The notes under the pieces were generated by a model, which worked only from the letters and a program-made list of their open reading frames with translations, made no database searches and was not told the DNA's origin. This document shows positions 40,646 to 51,261 of a stretch of DNA of 64,000 nt, piece after piece. Each line of letters opens with the position of its first letter. Position 1 is the stretch's first letter. Source of the stretch: an uncultured Bacteroides sp. (lineage in GTDB: Bacteria; Bacillota; Clostridia; Oscillospirales; Ruminococcaceae); contig CAYJPD010000001.1 of the NCBI GenBank assembly GCA_964371975.1, forward strand, positions 6,685-70,684, written 5' to 3'. Made by a program: the position numbers and the translations under genes.

Positions 40646-42739
40646 TTGGATATACTTTTTTTACCCTTAGGCTATTTAATGGGCGCTTGTTATGATTTAT
40701 TAAATAACTATGCGCTTACCATTTTAGCTTTTACTATAGTAACAAAAATTGTACTTTTACCATTAGCTGTATGGGTTCACAAAAATTCAATTAAATTAAT
40801 TAAAATGCAGCCATCAATAAATAAAATTAAATTGAATTACTATGGCAATTCTGAACGTATAGCTGAAGAACAATCTGTACTGTTCAAAAAAGAGAAATAC
40901 AGTCCTTTGTATGATTTAATTCCTCTCTTTATTCAAATTACACTTTTAATTGCTGTTATTCAAATTCTCTATAACCCCCTCTCATATATTTTAAATATTC
41001 CAAGCGATGTTATTGCTGCTTTAATAAATAAAACAGCAGAACTAACTATGATGGACCCACAAATTGCCTCTGCACAAGTTGTTGTATTGAACACAATTCA
41101 AAATTCCAATTTCACAAACGATTATTTAGCTTTAACACAAATTGAGAACATCGACACATATATTTCTCAAATTAATTCTATAAACACCGATCTTTTTGGT
41201 TTTAATCTTTCTGAAACACCAATTGAGGTTATGGGTGCGTATTTATTTGTTCCTATTCTGGCAGGATTTTCTTCATTTTTGTTGAGTTTTGCACAAAACA
41301 AAGTTAATGTTTTACAATCAGAGCAATCTCGTGCTTTAAAATATTCAACTGCCGGAATATCTATAGCTTTATCGCTTTATTTAGGTGTTTTTGTTCCAAC
41401 AGGTGTTGCATTATATTGGGTTATAAGTAATCTTTATGCTATTATCCAATTATTCATTTTGAATTATACTATTAATCCCAAGAAATTTATCGATTATGAT
41501 GAACTCAATAACAGTCGTGATGAGTTAAATAAATTGAAAACTCTTACAAGCAAAAAGCAGAGTATTTTCAAAAAAGACCCTAATTCACAAAAAGAGAAAA
41601 AAGATTACAAAAGGTTTTTTTCTGTTCAAAATAAAAAACTCGCATTTTATTCTGAACACAATGGGTTTTATAAATATTATAAAGGAATAATAGAATTTAT
41701 TCTGTCAAAAAGCAATATTACTATTCACTATATTTGTAGAGATCCAAATGATGATATGTTTACAGTTGCACAGCAAAACGAAAAAATTAAAGCATATTAT
41801 ATTGGTGACACAAGATTAATAACTTTGATGATGAAATTGGATTGTGATGTCATGGTTATGACTACACCCGATATAGAGAATTATCATATAAAGCGCTCTT
41901 ATGTAAAAAAAGACATAGAATATATATTTACCGAACACGGAATAGGAAGCCCTAACCTTTTATATAATAAAAACGCGCTCGCTCATTTTGACACTATTTT
42001 TTGTGTAGGACAATATCAAGTAGATGAACTGTCAGCTCAAGAACAAATGTATACAACAAAAAAGAAAAACTTAATTAAAACAGGATATATTCTGATTGAT
42101 GAAATGATTAAGACATACGAAGAATCAAAGAAGATTAAAAATACACTTCCTGTTGTACTTGTAGCGCCATCTTGGCAACGAGATAATATTATGGATAGTT
42201 GCCTTGACGATATAATAAAATCTGTTATTAATTGCAATTATCAGTTAATTATTCGCCCTCACCCCCAGTATGTTCGCCTATACCCAGAAAAAATGAATGC
42301 GATAATTAATAAATACGAGAACCTCCTTTCCGATAATTTTAAAATAGAAACCGATTTTTCCAGCAATTCAACCGTATATTCTTCTGATGTTTTAATAACA
42401 GATTGGTCTGCCATAGGCTATGAATTTAGTTTTACTACTTGCAAGCCTACTATTTATATTAACACCCCAATGAAAATACAAAACCCGGATTTTGAAAAAC
42501 TTGGAATAGAACCTGTTGATTTCTCCTTAAGGCAGTCTGTTGGAAAAGCTGTCGACCTTAAAGATGTTGTGAACATAAATGAAACTATACATGATATGTT
42601 AGCGCATGGAGAAAAATACAAAAATGAAATAATTAAGTGTCGACAAAACAATATTTTCAATTTAGGTAATTCAGCTGAAGTTGCAGGCGCGTATATTTTA
42701 AACACCCTTATAGAAAAACAAAAAAATAAAACAAACTAA
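40646..42739 (+). CDS. YidC/Oxa1 insertase fused to a CDP-glycerol glycerophosphotransferase-like domain
   Basis: N-terminal KMQP, IQITLL, GVALYWVISN; C-terminal VLVAPSW, IRPHPQ, LITDWSAIGYEF; TTG start after AAGGAG. Confidence 0.85.
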   Translation: MDILFLPLGYLMGACYDLLNNYALTILAFTIVTKIVLLPLAVWVHKNSIKLIKMQPSINKIKLNYYGNSERIAEEQSVLFKKEKYSPLYDLIPLFIQITLLIAVIQILYNPLSYILNIPSDVIAALINKTAELTMMDPQIASAQVVVLNTIQNSNFTNDYLALTQIENIDTYISQINSINTDLFGFNLSETPIEVMGAYLFVPILAGFSSFLLSFAQNKVNVLQSEQSRALKYSTAGISIALSLYLGVFVPTGVALYWVISNLYAIIQLFILNYTINPKKFIDYDELNNSRDELNKLKTLTSKKQSIFKKDPNSQKEKKDYKRFFSVQNKKLAFYSEHNGFYKYYKGIIEFILSKSNITIHYICRDPNDDMFTVAQQNEKIKAYYIGDTRLITLMMKLDCDVMVMTTPDIENYHIKRSYVKKDIEYIFTEHGIGSPNLLYNKNALAHFDTIFCVGQYQVDELSAQEQMYTTKKKNLIKTGYILIDEMIKTYEESKKIKNTLPVVLVAPSWQRDNIMDSCLDDIIKSVINCNYQLIIRPHPQYVRLYPEKMNAIINKYENLLSDNFKIETDFSSNSTVYSSDVLITDWSAIGYEFSFTTCKPTIYINTPMKIQNPDFEKLGIEPVDFSLRQSVGKAVDLKDVVNINETIHDMLAHGEKYKNEIIKCRQNNIFNLGNSAEVAGAYILNTLIEKQKNKTN

Positions 42740-42758
42740 ATATATTATTGGAGATATT

Positions 42759-43655
42759 ATGCAATTAACTCAAATACAATTCAATATATTGAATGAATTA
42801 CACACTAAAGGAAAAGACGGCTTAATTAACTATATTAAAGTCCATAGCATCAATAACAATAGTGAAATATCTACTGTGTTTGCCCAACTTAAACAAGATG
42901 CTTTTCTAACCGATGATATAATAACCCAAAAAGGAATAGATGCTTTGTTGCCTTATAGAGCTGAAAAAGCTGTTTTTTTAGCTGCCGGTTTTGGTAGCAG
43001 GTTAGCACCTGTAACGAATACTACCCCAAAACCGTTGATACAAGTTAACGGAATTAGAATTATCGATACTTTAATTGATGCAGTACTTAAAGCAGGTATT
43101 TCAAAAGTGATTGTGGTTAGGGGCTATTTAAAAGATGAATTTGATTCCTTATTGACAAAGTACCCTATGATTGAATTTTTAGATAATCCTTTGTATGATA
43201 GCACAAATACTATTTCATCAGCTCTATGTGTAACTCCAGACCTTTCTAATAGTTATATATTTGAAGCAGATTTATTTTTAAATACTCCTGAAGTAGTTTC
43301 GCTATATAACTACAATAGTTTTTATTTAAGTAGTGTTTGTGAAGAAACTGATGACTGGTGTTTCGATGTTAACGGAGATTTCATTGAAAATGTTAGAATA
43401 AAAGGTCAAAACGTACATCGCTTATACGGTTTATCATACTGGAATAGAGATGATGGCAAAAAATTAACAAAGCATTTAAAAGAACTGTATTCAACAGAAC
43501 ACGGTAAAAACTGTTATTGGGATCATGTTCCTACTAAGTATTATTGCAATGAATATAAAATAGGATATAAAGAATGCCAATTTGAGGATATTACTGAAAT
43601 TGATACTATTGAAGAACTGATAGCTATCGATAATACATATAAAAAATTTTTATAG
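42759..43655 (+). CDS. licC: CTP:phosphocholine cytidylyltransferase (LicC-like) with N-terminal extension
   Basis: FLAAGFGSRLAP..TPKPL, VRGY, EIDTIEEL. Confidence 0.82.
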   Translation: MQLTQIQFNILNELHTKGKDGLINYIKVHSINNNSEISTVFAQLKQDAFLTDDIITQKGIDALLPYRAEKAVFLAAGFGSRLAPVTNTTPKPLIQVNGIRIIDTLIDAVLKAGISKVIVVRGYLKDEFDSLLTKYPMIEFLDNPLYDSTNTISSALCVTPDLSNSYIFEADLFLNTPEVVSLYNYNSFYLSSVCEETDDWCFDVNGDFIENVRIKGQNVHRLYGLSYWNRDDGKKLTKHLKELYSTEHGKNCYWDHVPTKYYCNEYKIGYKECQFEDITEIDTIEELIAIDNTYKKFL

Positions 43656-43664
43656 AGGTGTAAT

Positions 43665-44534
43665 ATGTATAATGAGATTATTAAACAACTCTCCAACAAA
43701 TTATTTCCCGGTAGTGGCATTATAAATGTTTCACCGCTTAAAGGTATGACAAATGATACTTTTTCAGTCACATTAGATTGTGGCAAATATGTATTTAGGT
43801 TACCTACTGAGATTTCAAAGCAAATAATAAACAGAAGTGATGAAAAAATAAGCGCAAAGCTCGCTTATGACTTAGGGTTAGACAGTGAGATTATATATTT
43901 TGAAGAAGATACAGGAATAAAAGTAAGCGTATATATTAAAGATGCTGTTACAATGAACAATGAAACTTTGAAACTTCCTGAAAACATTAAATTAGCAGCT
44001 GTTGTGTTTAAAAAACTTCACAGTTGTAATGTAGACACTAAAGTAAGCTTTGACTATTTATCTATGGTAAAAAAATACGAGGACTTCATAATAAAAAATA
44101 ATGTTCCGCTTTTTGATGATTACAACGATATAAAAAAGCTAATAGTAGACAAGTTTTCAAAACCAGCTGAAAAAGGGGAAACATTAGTTCCTTGCCATAA
44201 CGACCCACTTTGTGAAAACTGGGTTAGAAGTGGTGAAAAAATGTACTTGATTGATTGGGAATATGCCGGGATGAACAATTATATGTGGGATCTTGCATGT
44301 GTGTCAATAGAGACCGATTTTACAAAAGAACAAGATGACCTTTTCCTGTTTACTTATTTTCAAAAAAAAGCTACACAATTAGAGTTTGTAGAATTTAACA
44401 TTCAAAAAATCAAAATAGATTTTCTTTGGAGTTTATGGGGAAAAACAAAAGTTCCGTATGATGGAAAAGAATTTGAAGACTATGCAAATAACCGATATGA
44501 AAGAATGAAAAGAAATATTGAATTAACGTTATAA
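43665..44534 (+). CDS. licA: Choline/ethanolamine kinase (LicA-like)
   Basis: GMTN, INRSDE, CHNDPLCEN, LIDWEYAGMN, FLWSLW. Confidence 0.85.
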   Translation: MYNEIIKQLSNKLFPGSGIINVSPLKGMTNDTFSVTLDCGKYVFRLPTEISKQIINRSDEKISAKLAYDLGLDSEIIYFEEDTGIKVSVYIKDAVTMNNETLKLPENIKLAAVVFKKLHSCNVDTKVSFDYLSMVKKYEDFIIKNNVPLFDDYNDIKKLIVDKFSKPAEKGETLVPCHNDPLCENWVRSGEKMYLIDWEYAGMNNYMWDLACVSIETDFTKEQDDLFLFTYFQKKATQLEFVEFNIQKIKIDFLWSLWGKTKVPYDGKEFEDYANNRYERMKRNIELTL

Positions 44535-44571
44535 TTATAATTCATTTTACTAAGCATTAAATCAAAACACA

Positions 44572-44610
44572 AAAGGCTTGGCTACTGTTTATAGCAGTTA
44601 CCAAGCCTTT
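44572..44610. terminator. Bidirectional terminator
   Basis: AAAGGCTTGG...CCAAGCCTTT between convergent operons. Confidence 0.75.
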
Positions 44611-44739
44611 AAGTTTAATTGTTTAGTTTTTGTTAAAATACTAAAATTTATTGCGTTAATTCTCACCGTAATTGCTATAAAGCAAAATATTGATTAAACT
44701 CAATCTAATACTCTCACCAATAAGCAAATATTAAAAGAC

Positions 44740-45753
44740 TTATTTCATAATCTCCAGTATTTTAGCTTTAATTTTCCCTGCAGATGGTATCCATTCGTCC
44801 TCAATTTCTGCTGAGAAAGGGATATGTGTGTGCGGTGGAATAACTCTTAGTACGGGTTTTTTCAAGCTGTCGAACACTTGCTCTGTTATTTGTGCTGAAA
44901 TATCCGCAGCCATGCCGCATCTTGGATAAGATTCATCTGCAATTATTACCCTACCTGTTTTTTTAACAGATTTCACTATTGTATCCATATCTAAAGGAGA
45001 AATAGTTCTTGGGTCAATTATTTCAACGGAAATGCCCTCTTTTTCAAGCTCTTGCGCCGCTTCTTCCGCTTCCCACACCATTCTGTGTAGTGCTACAACG
45101 GTAACGTCTGTGCCTTCTTTAACCACTTTAGCTTTACCAAATGGTATGTAATATTCGCCTTCAGGCACTTCACATTCACGCATGTAAGCTTTTTTGTGCT
45201 CTAAGAACACAACGGGGTCGTTGTCTTTAATAGCTTGTAGCATTAAGCCTTTTGCGTCGTATGCGTTAGATGGAGTTACAACTTTAAGCCCGGGAATTGA
45301 TGCAAACATATTGTAAAGAATTTGAGAGTGCTCACCGCCTACCCTATAGCCTGCACCGCAAGGCATACGCAGAACAAGTGGGATAGGTTTTTTTCCGCCA
45401 TACATGTAAAAAAGCTTAGCAGCTTGATTAAATAATTGGTCGTAGCACACGCCTATAAAATCAACATACATAATTTCTACAATAGGCCTTTTGCCGGCAA
45501 ATGCTGCGCCGATACCCATACCTAAAAAAGCAGTTTCGGAAATTGGCATATCTATAACTCTTTCGCGCCCAAATTTGCTTGCGAGCCCGTGTGTTACTCC
45601 ATATGCTCCACCAAGTGAATCAACAGAACCATCAAAATCGTTTCCTGCTGCGCCGCATATATCTTCGCCCATTATAAATACATTTTCATCTTTTTGCATA
45701 GCAATTGTAATTGCTTCATTTATCGCATCTTTTGTCAATAATTTTCTGCTCAT
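44740..45753 (-). CDS. TPP-dependent dehydrogenase E1 beta subunit (AcoB/PdhB-like)
   Basis: MGEDI, DMPISE, EHSQ, PGLKVV, DPVVFLEHK, IDPRTISPLD. Confidence 0.92.
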   Translation of the reverse strand: MSRKLLTKDAINEAITIAMQKDENVFIMGEDICGAAGNDFDGSVDSLGGAYGVTHGLASKFGRERVIDMPISETAFLGMGIGAAFAGKRPIVEIMYVDFIGVCYDQLFNQAAKLFYMYGGKKPIPLVLRMPCGAGYRVGGEHSQILYNMFASIPGLKVVTPSNAYDAKGLMLQAIKDNDPVVFLEHKKAYMRECEVPEGEYYIPFGKAKVVKEGTDVTVVALHRMVWEAEEAAQELEKEGISVEIIDPRTISPLDMDTIVKSVKKTGRVIIADESYPRCGMAADISAQITEQVFDSLKKPVLRVIPPHTHIPFSAEIEDEWIPSAGKIKAKILEIMK

Positions 45754-45770
45754 ATCCTCACCCTACTTTC

Positions 45771-46739
45771 TTAATAACTGTCTGCGTATATGTTCACATA
45801 CATATCGCTAATTTGTGGAAGCGGTGATTCTTCTGCGAATTTTACAGCTTCTTCTATTTCTTTTTCTATTGCCTTTTCAATTTCTTTAAGCTCTTGTTCG
45901 CTTAAAAGACCTTTTTCTACAACTTCTTTTTCAAAACGTTTAACGGGGTCTTTTGCAAGCTCCGCCTCTTTTTGCTCAGCAGATTTATAATTCACGGGGT
46001 CTCCCACCCATTGGCCACCGTATCTGGCGTTATCAAACTCGATAAAATATGGGCCGTTTCCTTGCCTTATATATTCAACCGCTTTTTTTGTTGCCTCGTA
46101 AGATGCGAAAAAGTCCATTCCATCTACAGTTACAGCCGGGATATTATAAGCTTTCATATAATTTGCGGTTGTAGTGTCGCAAAGGTTATTGCTTGGGTCT
46201 GTGCTCATTGCTATGTGGTTGTTATCGTTGCAGAATAGCACGGGCAGTTTTTTAACGCCTGCCATATTAAACGATTCATGTGTTGCACCTTGAGGAATTG
46301 CACCGTCGCCAAAAAACACAGCAGAAACTTCATCTGTTTTGTTCATTTTAGATGCTAACGCAGTTCCGCATGCGCTGGGAAGCCCTGCGCCTATAATTCC
46401 AAAGCCCGCAACCATGTTTAAGTTTTGATCTACAGCGTGCATATTACCAGCCATTCCACGGCAAGTGCCTGTTATTTTTCCGCTTATTTCTGCTACAAAC
46501 TCACCCATATTTATGCCCCTTGCAATGCTGTGAGCATGGTTTCTGTAAGTGGATAGCACATAGTCTTTCGGCTCTAAATTAAGCATAACAGCGCTAACCC
46601 ACGCCTCTGCGCCTGAATGTGTGTGCAAAAGCCCCATCAATGGACCTGTGCCCTCTGCTGCGGATTTTTCAACATAATCCTCAAACATGCGTATCATTTT
46701 TATTTTATGATATGCCGTTTTCAAAAAATTCTTATCCAT
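45771..46739 (-). CDS. TPP-dependent dehydrogenase E1 alpha subunit (AcoA/PdhA-like)
   Basis: STYRNH, GNMH, TPP motif FGDGA...NN, VDGMD, GNGP. Confidence 0.92.
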   Translation of the reverse strand: MDKNFLKTAYHKIKMIRMFEDYVEKSAAEGTGPLMGLLHTHSGAEAWVSAVMLNLEPKDYVLSTYRNHAHSIARGINMGEFVAEISGKITGTCRGMAGNMHAVDQNLNMVAGFGIIGAGLPSACGTALASKMNKTDEVSAVFFGDGAIPQGATHESFNMAGVKKLPVLFCNDNNHIAMSTDPSNNLCDTTTANYMKAYNIPAVTVDGMDFFASYEATKKAVEYIRQGNGPYFIEFDNARYGGQWVGDPVNYKSAEQKEAELAKDPVKRFEKEVVEKGLLSEQELKEIEKAIEKEIEEAVKFAEESPLPQISDMYVNIYADSY

Positions 46740-46812
46740 ATTAACTTCTCCTCATATTATTATTGTTTTGCGTTTAGCTTTTAAGTGATAACTTATTAAT
46801 TTCGCTCAATCA

Positions 46813-47097
46813 TTAATCCGGTTCAATGTAGAAATATACATTGTGAAAACCTGAGGTGCAACATGAAACTTTAGTTGTTTTGCGTGTTAAATCATATGCC
46901 ACAAGGGATATTTCCCTTGCAATATCAGCAAAAGCCCATGCACAAAAATTAAGGGGTAAGTGGTTTGTATTTTCACAAATAAATTCATCGCCAATTTCAA
47001 ATTGGTCGCAAAGCTTTACTTGTTGCATATTATATTTTTCCATCAAATCAACTTGTAAAGACTTCTTTATTACGGTAATTTTAACCCTGTTTGCCAT
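46813..47097 (-). CDS. Small Cys-containing protein (TIGR04076-like)
   Basis: VKITV, C..F..GDEF, FCAWAFADI, SCC. Confidence 0.75.
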   Translation of the reverse strand: MANRVKITVIKKSLQVDLMEKYNMQQVKLCDQFEIGDEFICENTNHLPLNFCAWAFADIAREISLVAYDLTRKTTKVSCCTSGFHNVYFYIEPD

Positions 47098-47116
47098 AAC
47101 TTTACCCTTTCTCTTT

Positions 47117-48001
47117 TTAATTCAAGTGTGATATCATTTCATAAAATTCTTCGTTCATTTTATCTATTTGCAGAATTTTACTTGGAATATCAACTAAATT
47201 CACTTCACTATCCGGGTAAGAGCCGTCTTCATCAATTTGCATAAGCCCTGTTTTCATATTATCTTCGTTTTTAACTACTCTAACAGTTTTTGGCTCGAAC
47301 CAATCCTTATGAATCATATATACCGCAGCACATAAATCCCAGTTTATGAACACAGGCCTGTTACCATATTGTGGTGTAATATGTTTTATCCATGCGCGAA
47401 TTATAGGCATTGAGTACTTTATGAAATTGTTATCTATAGATAATAAGCTTTCCATTTCTTCCATGCTGTAAACTGCATCTTGTGTGCATTGAGAAGACAA
47501 TACAGACATATTTTTGCAATTATATATTACTTTTGCTGCCGATTTGTAATCTACAGTAAAATTTAATTCATTTAGCAACACACCATTTAAGTATAAAGGC
47601 TCTGTTATTCCGCCCATAATGTATAAGTGCTTGATATTATCGAAAAACTCCGGGTCTTTTGTGTAAGCACCTGCTATATTGCAAAGTGAGCCTATAGCAA
47701 TTACATTTATTTCGCCCTTGTTTTCCCTCGCTGTTTTCACTAAGAAATCTACAGATTCCGAGTCATAGTCTTCCGGTGAACGACCTCCTCTGAAAAAAGG
47801 CACGTCTGTTATATTAAGGTCTTCAAACATTTGTTTTGTATTGTAATAAACAACATGTTCATGGTTATTTGCATATGTACATGTAATTCCCAAAAGTTCT
47901 ACTTCAGGATGACCTTTTAAATAGCCGAATGTCAATCCGTCATCAATATCACTACGCTTAACTCCCATTGTGTTGTCACAGTCCAATATTACTTTATACA
48001 T
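47117..48001 (-). CDS. Nucleoside hydrolase
   Basis: ILDCD...DIDDG, GSLCN, MGG, ELNF, WD. Confidence 0.88.
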   Translation of the reverse strand: MYKVILDCDNTMGVKRSDIDDGLTFGYLKGHPEVELLGITCTYANNHEHVVYYNTKQMFEDLNITDVPFFRGGRSPEDYDSESVDFLVKTARENKGEINVIAIGSLCNIAGAYTKDPEFFDNIKHLYIMGGITEPLYLNGVLLNELNFTVDYKSAAKVIYNCKNMSVLSSQCTQDAVYSMEEMESLLSIDNNFIKYSMPIIRAWIKHITPQYGNRPVFINWDLCAAVYMIHKDWFEPKTVRVVKNEDNMKTGLMQIDEDGSYPDSEVNLVDIPSKILQIDKMNEEFYEMISHLN

Positions 48002-48051
48002 TTCTTTCTCCTTTAGTTTATTTTTTAGCACCACTAAAATTTTTATTAATT

Positions 48052-48666
48052 TTATTTAAATGTTTCATATAAACACTTAAACATCCAAACTATTGAAACA
48101 CTTCCAGCATCAACAAAGCCTCGGCTCATTTCGCCTAAAAAGCGTGCTCGTCCTTTTGTTGCCACCATTTCTTTTGTAGCATCACTTCCCTTTTGCGCAC
48201 CATTCACTGCTGCCAAAAGCACTTTTACAAGCTCACTGCTTTTTTCTTGTTCAACAGCATCATTTGCGGCACAAAGTGCATCTAACATCGTTTTTTCGCC
48301 TGCTACGGTATTAGTTAAATCGCTAACTTGTTCCACACTCACCCTTAAAATTTCCCTGAAATTTTCAGCGGTAAGTTCTTTATCATTTTTAAGGCCTATT
48401 GCAGCTTGAATAAAAAACGAGCTGAATATTGGCCCTGATGCACCGCCCATTGAGCCTAACATTGCATAGCCTACCGTTTTAAAAATTTCAGAGGGTAAAA
48501 CATCATCGCTAATCTCTTTAACAGCTTTGTTTGCGGCATCAAAACCTCTTGAAATTGTAAGCCCATGGTCACCGTCACCTGCTTGCGAATCAAGTTCGCA
48601 AAGTGCATCGCACTCACGCTTAAAAACTTCATCAAGTTTATCAATATATGCTTTAAATTTATTCAT
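48052..48666 (-). CDS. dhaL: Dihydroxyacetone kinase-family L subunit
   Basis: LDSQAGDGDHG, GGASGP, GEKTMLD, ATKGRA, DAG. Confidence 0.9.
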   Translation of the reverse strand: MNKFKAYIDKLDEVFKRECDALCELDSQAGDGDHGLTISRGFDAANKAVKEISDDVLPSEIFKTVGYAMLGSMGGASGPIFSSFFIQAAIGLKNDKELTAENFREILRVSVEQVSDLTNTVAGEKTMLDALCAANDAVEQEKSSELVKVLLAAVNGAQKGSDATKEMVATKGRARFLGEMSRGFVDAGSVSIVWMFKCLYETFK

Positions 48667-48676
48667 GCTTAATCTC

Positions 48677-49513
48677 CTATAATAAATTTCTTAAATAGTT
48701 CATACCTTTTACAGCTTCATCTAACGGGCTTTGCGCTAAATTTCTCCACATAAACAGTGCATCGCCTACCTGTGTTCCGGCATTTACAAAACACTCCATG
48801 TCTAAATAACCGTCATATCCTATTTCTTTCAGCTTTTTGGTTATTTGTTCCCAGTTAATTTGACCTGTGCCGGGCACTCCCCTATGGTTTTCACAAACAT
48901 GTATACAACCAATATTTGTAATGTTTTCTTCAAGTGCCTTAGGAATACTATTTTCTTCAATATTCATATGGAATGTATCTGCCAGTATTTTCACATTATC
49001 TTTGTCTATTAGCTTTAGAAATTCGCTCGCTTCATCTAAAGTATTAATGAAATCAGATTCAAACCTGTTTAAAACTTCACAGTTTAAGCTTATATTTGCA
49101 GTTTTTGCATAATCCGACACAACTTGCAAAGCTTTTGCACTTCTTTGCCATCTCTCATTGCGGTTTTCACCAATGGCAAAGGCTTGCCACGGCGCATATA
49201 ACACACCGTTTATATTTTTTGCTCCTGCAAATTGAGCTAAGTCAACGGCACTTTTTAAATAATCAATACCGTTTTGATGCACACTCATATCTTCACTGCT
49301 AATATCTGTTTGGACACCAATTCCGGTACCACATATAATTTCAAGGCCTTCACTTTGTGCGCTTTTAAAAACTTGCTTCAATTTATTTTCCTCTGCTCCA
49401 AAAAGCGAAATTTCAACGCCGTCAAATCCTGCTTGTTTCAGTTTTGGAAAATATTGTGAAACATCATCTTGCCATGTTTTGCAAAACATAGACATATGCA
49501 CTGCAATTTTCAT
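48677..49513 (-). CDS. Sugar epimerase/isomerase (D-tagatose/psicose 3-epimerase-like)
   Basis: EVLNRFE, DTFHMNIEE, HVCENHRGVPGTG, MECF, WR. Confidence 0.85.
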   Translation of the reverse strand: MKIAVHMSMFCKTWQDDVSQYFPKLKQAGFDGVEISLFGAEENKLKQVFKSAQSEGLEIICGTGIGVQTDISSEDMSVHQNGIDYLKSAVDLAQFAGAKNINGVLYAPWQAFAIGENRNERWQRSAKALQVVSDYAKTANISLNCEVLNRFESDFINTLDEASEFLKLIDKDNVKILADTFHMNIEENSIPKALEENITNIGCIHVCENHRGVPGTGQINWEQITKKLKEIGYDGYLDMECFVNAGTQVGDALFMWRNLAQSPLDEAVKGMNYLRNLL

Positions 49514-49539
49514 TGTATTCACCATTCCTTAAATACTGT

Positions 49540-50304
49540 TTATTGTTGCTTAATGCTTTCAATACCTATAGGCAAAGATTTATGTTTCCTTTTAAGGCCT
49601 TGCCTAAAAATTGTTTTTTCAAAAACAATCGCACTTCCATCGTAGCCGTAAACCAAAAACGATGTTCTAATAATAGGCTCTTGCTTGTTTATTTCCATAA
49701 GTTTTGCGTCTTCGCCCTTTATTATTGCACCCTCTTGTTGTTCCTCTCCTCCTACAAAATGCAAATTGTAATTTAATTCAAGCACTCTAAAAAGAGATTG
49801 TGTTACTCCGCATACAGAAAAATAATTTGTATTAAGCCCGGGCGCAATTGCGCAAGGCACATAACTTTCTGTTAGCCACATAGGCTGATTATCTACACAT
49901 CGCAACCTTTTAAAATGGTAGCACTCTGTTCCAACTGCAATTGATAATTTTTGTGCTAACTCTTCACTTGCCTGAATTGTTTTCATAAATACAATTCGTG
50001 TACTTGGAATATGCCCTGCCGCTTTAACTTCTTTTGTAAAGTGGCTCATCCATGTCCAGTCGTTTGAATCTATATCGGTTACATATGTGCCTTTGCCCTG
50101 AACTGTTTTTAAAATACCCTGTTCTGTAAGCTGTTTATAAGCTTTTCTAACCGTAACACGGCTTACGCTATACTTATCTTGCATTTTAGCTTCGCTCATA
50201 ATAAGGCTACCTTTTTTTATTTCGCCTCTTGCAATACCTTGCATAATATCAGCAGCTATCACTTTGTACATAGGTTGTGCACTATTCATTTCTGTCATTT
50301 GCAA
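49540..50304 (-). CDS. GntR/HutC (UTRA) regulator
   Basis: SE...YSVSRVTVRKA, QGKGTYV. Confidence 0.92.
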   Translation of the reverse strand: MQMTEMNSAQPMYKVIAADIMQGIARGEIKKGSLIMSEAKMQDKYSVSRVTVRKAYKQLTEQGILKTVQGKGTYVTDIDSNDWTWMSHFTKEVKAAGHIPSTRIVFMKTIQASEELAQKLSIAVGTECYHFKRLRCVDNQPMWLTESYVPCAIAPGLNTNYFSVCGVTQSLFRVLELNYNLHFVGGEEQQEGAIIKGEDAKLMEINKQEPIIRTSFLVYGYDGSAIVFEKTIFRQGLKRKHKSLPIGIESIKQQ

Positions 50305-50358
50305 CTTACCTCTCTACAATGTGTTTGAACACATTTACAATACTGAAAATTTATAAAA

Positions 50359-51246
50359 TTATTTTTTATTCTCTGCAACCGTTAACTTAGCTTTTTCAAA
50401 AAACATTTTCATATCTTGCCATTTTTCACTTGCGGTTGAATCATTGTTGCCAACGCAATCGCCCCAAAGGCTTCTGCCTATGGCAAAACCACTTGCACCG
50501 CCTTGCACCGCACATTTTAACTGCTTTAAAAACACTTCTCTGTTAGCACCTGAGCTAAGCAATATCCATGGCACCTTTAATTCTTCTTTCGCTATGAGGC
50601 AAGCATTTATATTCTCTTGCTCACTTATATTGTTAATATCACCGGGGAATTCAAGTTTGAAAACATCAATGTCGTATTTGCTAAGGCGCTTTAACATTAC
50701 CCTAAATTCCTCTTCACGCTCTTTTTGCGTAGGCGTATTTTCAAAATACATAATCGGCTCAAGCAAAAACGGCAACTGTGCATTACTGCACTCTTTTGCA
50801 AGTTTATCAATCATTTGTTCTTGCTTTGCGGCTATTGGAGAATTCGAATTATATAGTATGAACAGCTTCACCATATTGCCGCCACATTCATTTATCTTGT
50901 CCACAGATATGTTTGGATTAAGATAATCTTCTTTAAAAGTAGCTGTGCTATAGTCATCCCCTTCAACACCAACCATAAAGCCTTTATTGCCCATAGCACC
51001 GCTTTCGATTATATTAGGTATACCGTATAAAGGGTCGATTAAAAAGCCACTTGCACTGTTTGCAAACGCTTTAATAATTTGAATTTTTGAATTTACAACT
51101 TCTTGTGAACTTGGCATACTCCCTGAAAATTCAAGCATTAAATTTGTGTAAACTTCTCGATGATCTATCGCCATGATAAAATAATTGCCTTTTTCATCAA
51201 CAAGTTTATTAATATGTTCACTTTTTTTATTATTGTAGTTGTTCAT
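50359..51246 (-). CDS. Class I aldolase (tagatose-1,6-bisphosphate aldolase, LacD-like)
   Basis: MAIDHR, LIDP.YG, FLLEP, FKLEFP, PWILLSSG, GASGFAIGRSLW. Confidence 0.85.
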   Translation of the reverse strand: MNNYNNKKSEHINKLVDEKGNYFIMAIDHREVYTNLMLEFSGSMPSSQEVVNSKIQIIKAFANSASGFLIDPLYGIPNIIESGAMGNKGFMVGVEGDDYSTATFKEDYLNPNISVDKINECGGNMVKLFILYNSNSPIAAKQEQMIDKLAKECSNAQLPFLLEPIMYFENTPTQKEREEEFRVMLKRLSKYDIDVFKLEFPGDINNISEQENINACLIAKEELKVPWILLSSGANREVFLKQLKCAVQGGASGFAIGRSLWGDCVGNNDSTASEKWQDMKMFFEKAKLTVAENKK

Positions 51247-51261
51247 GGCACTTTCCTTTTC

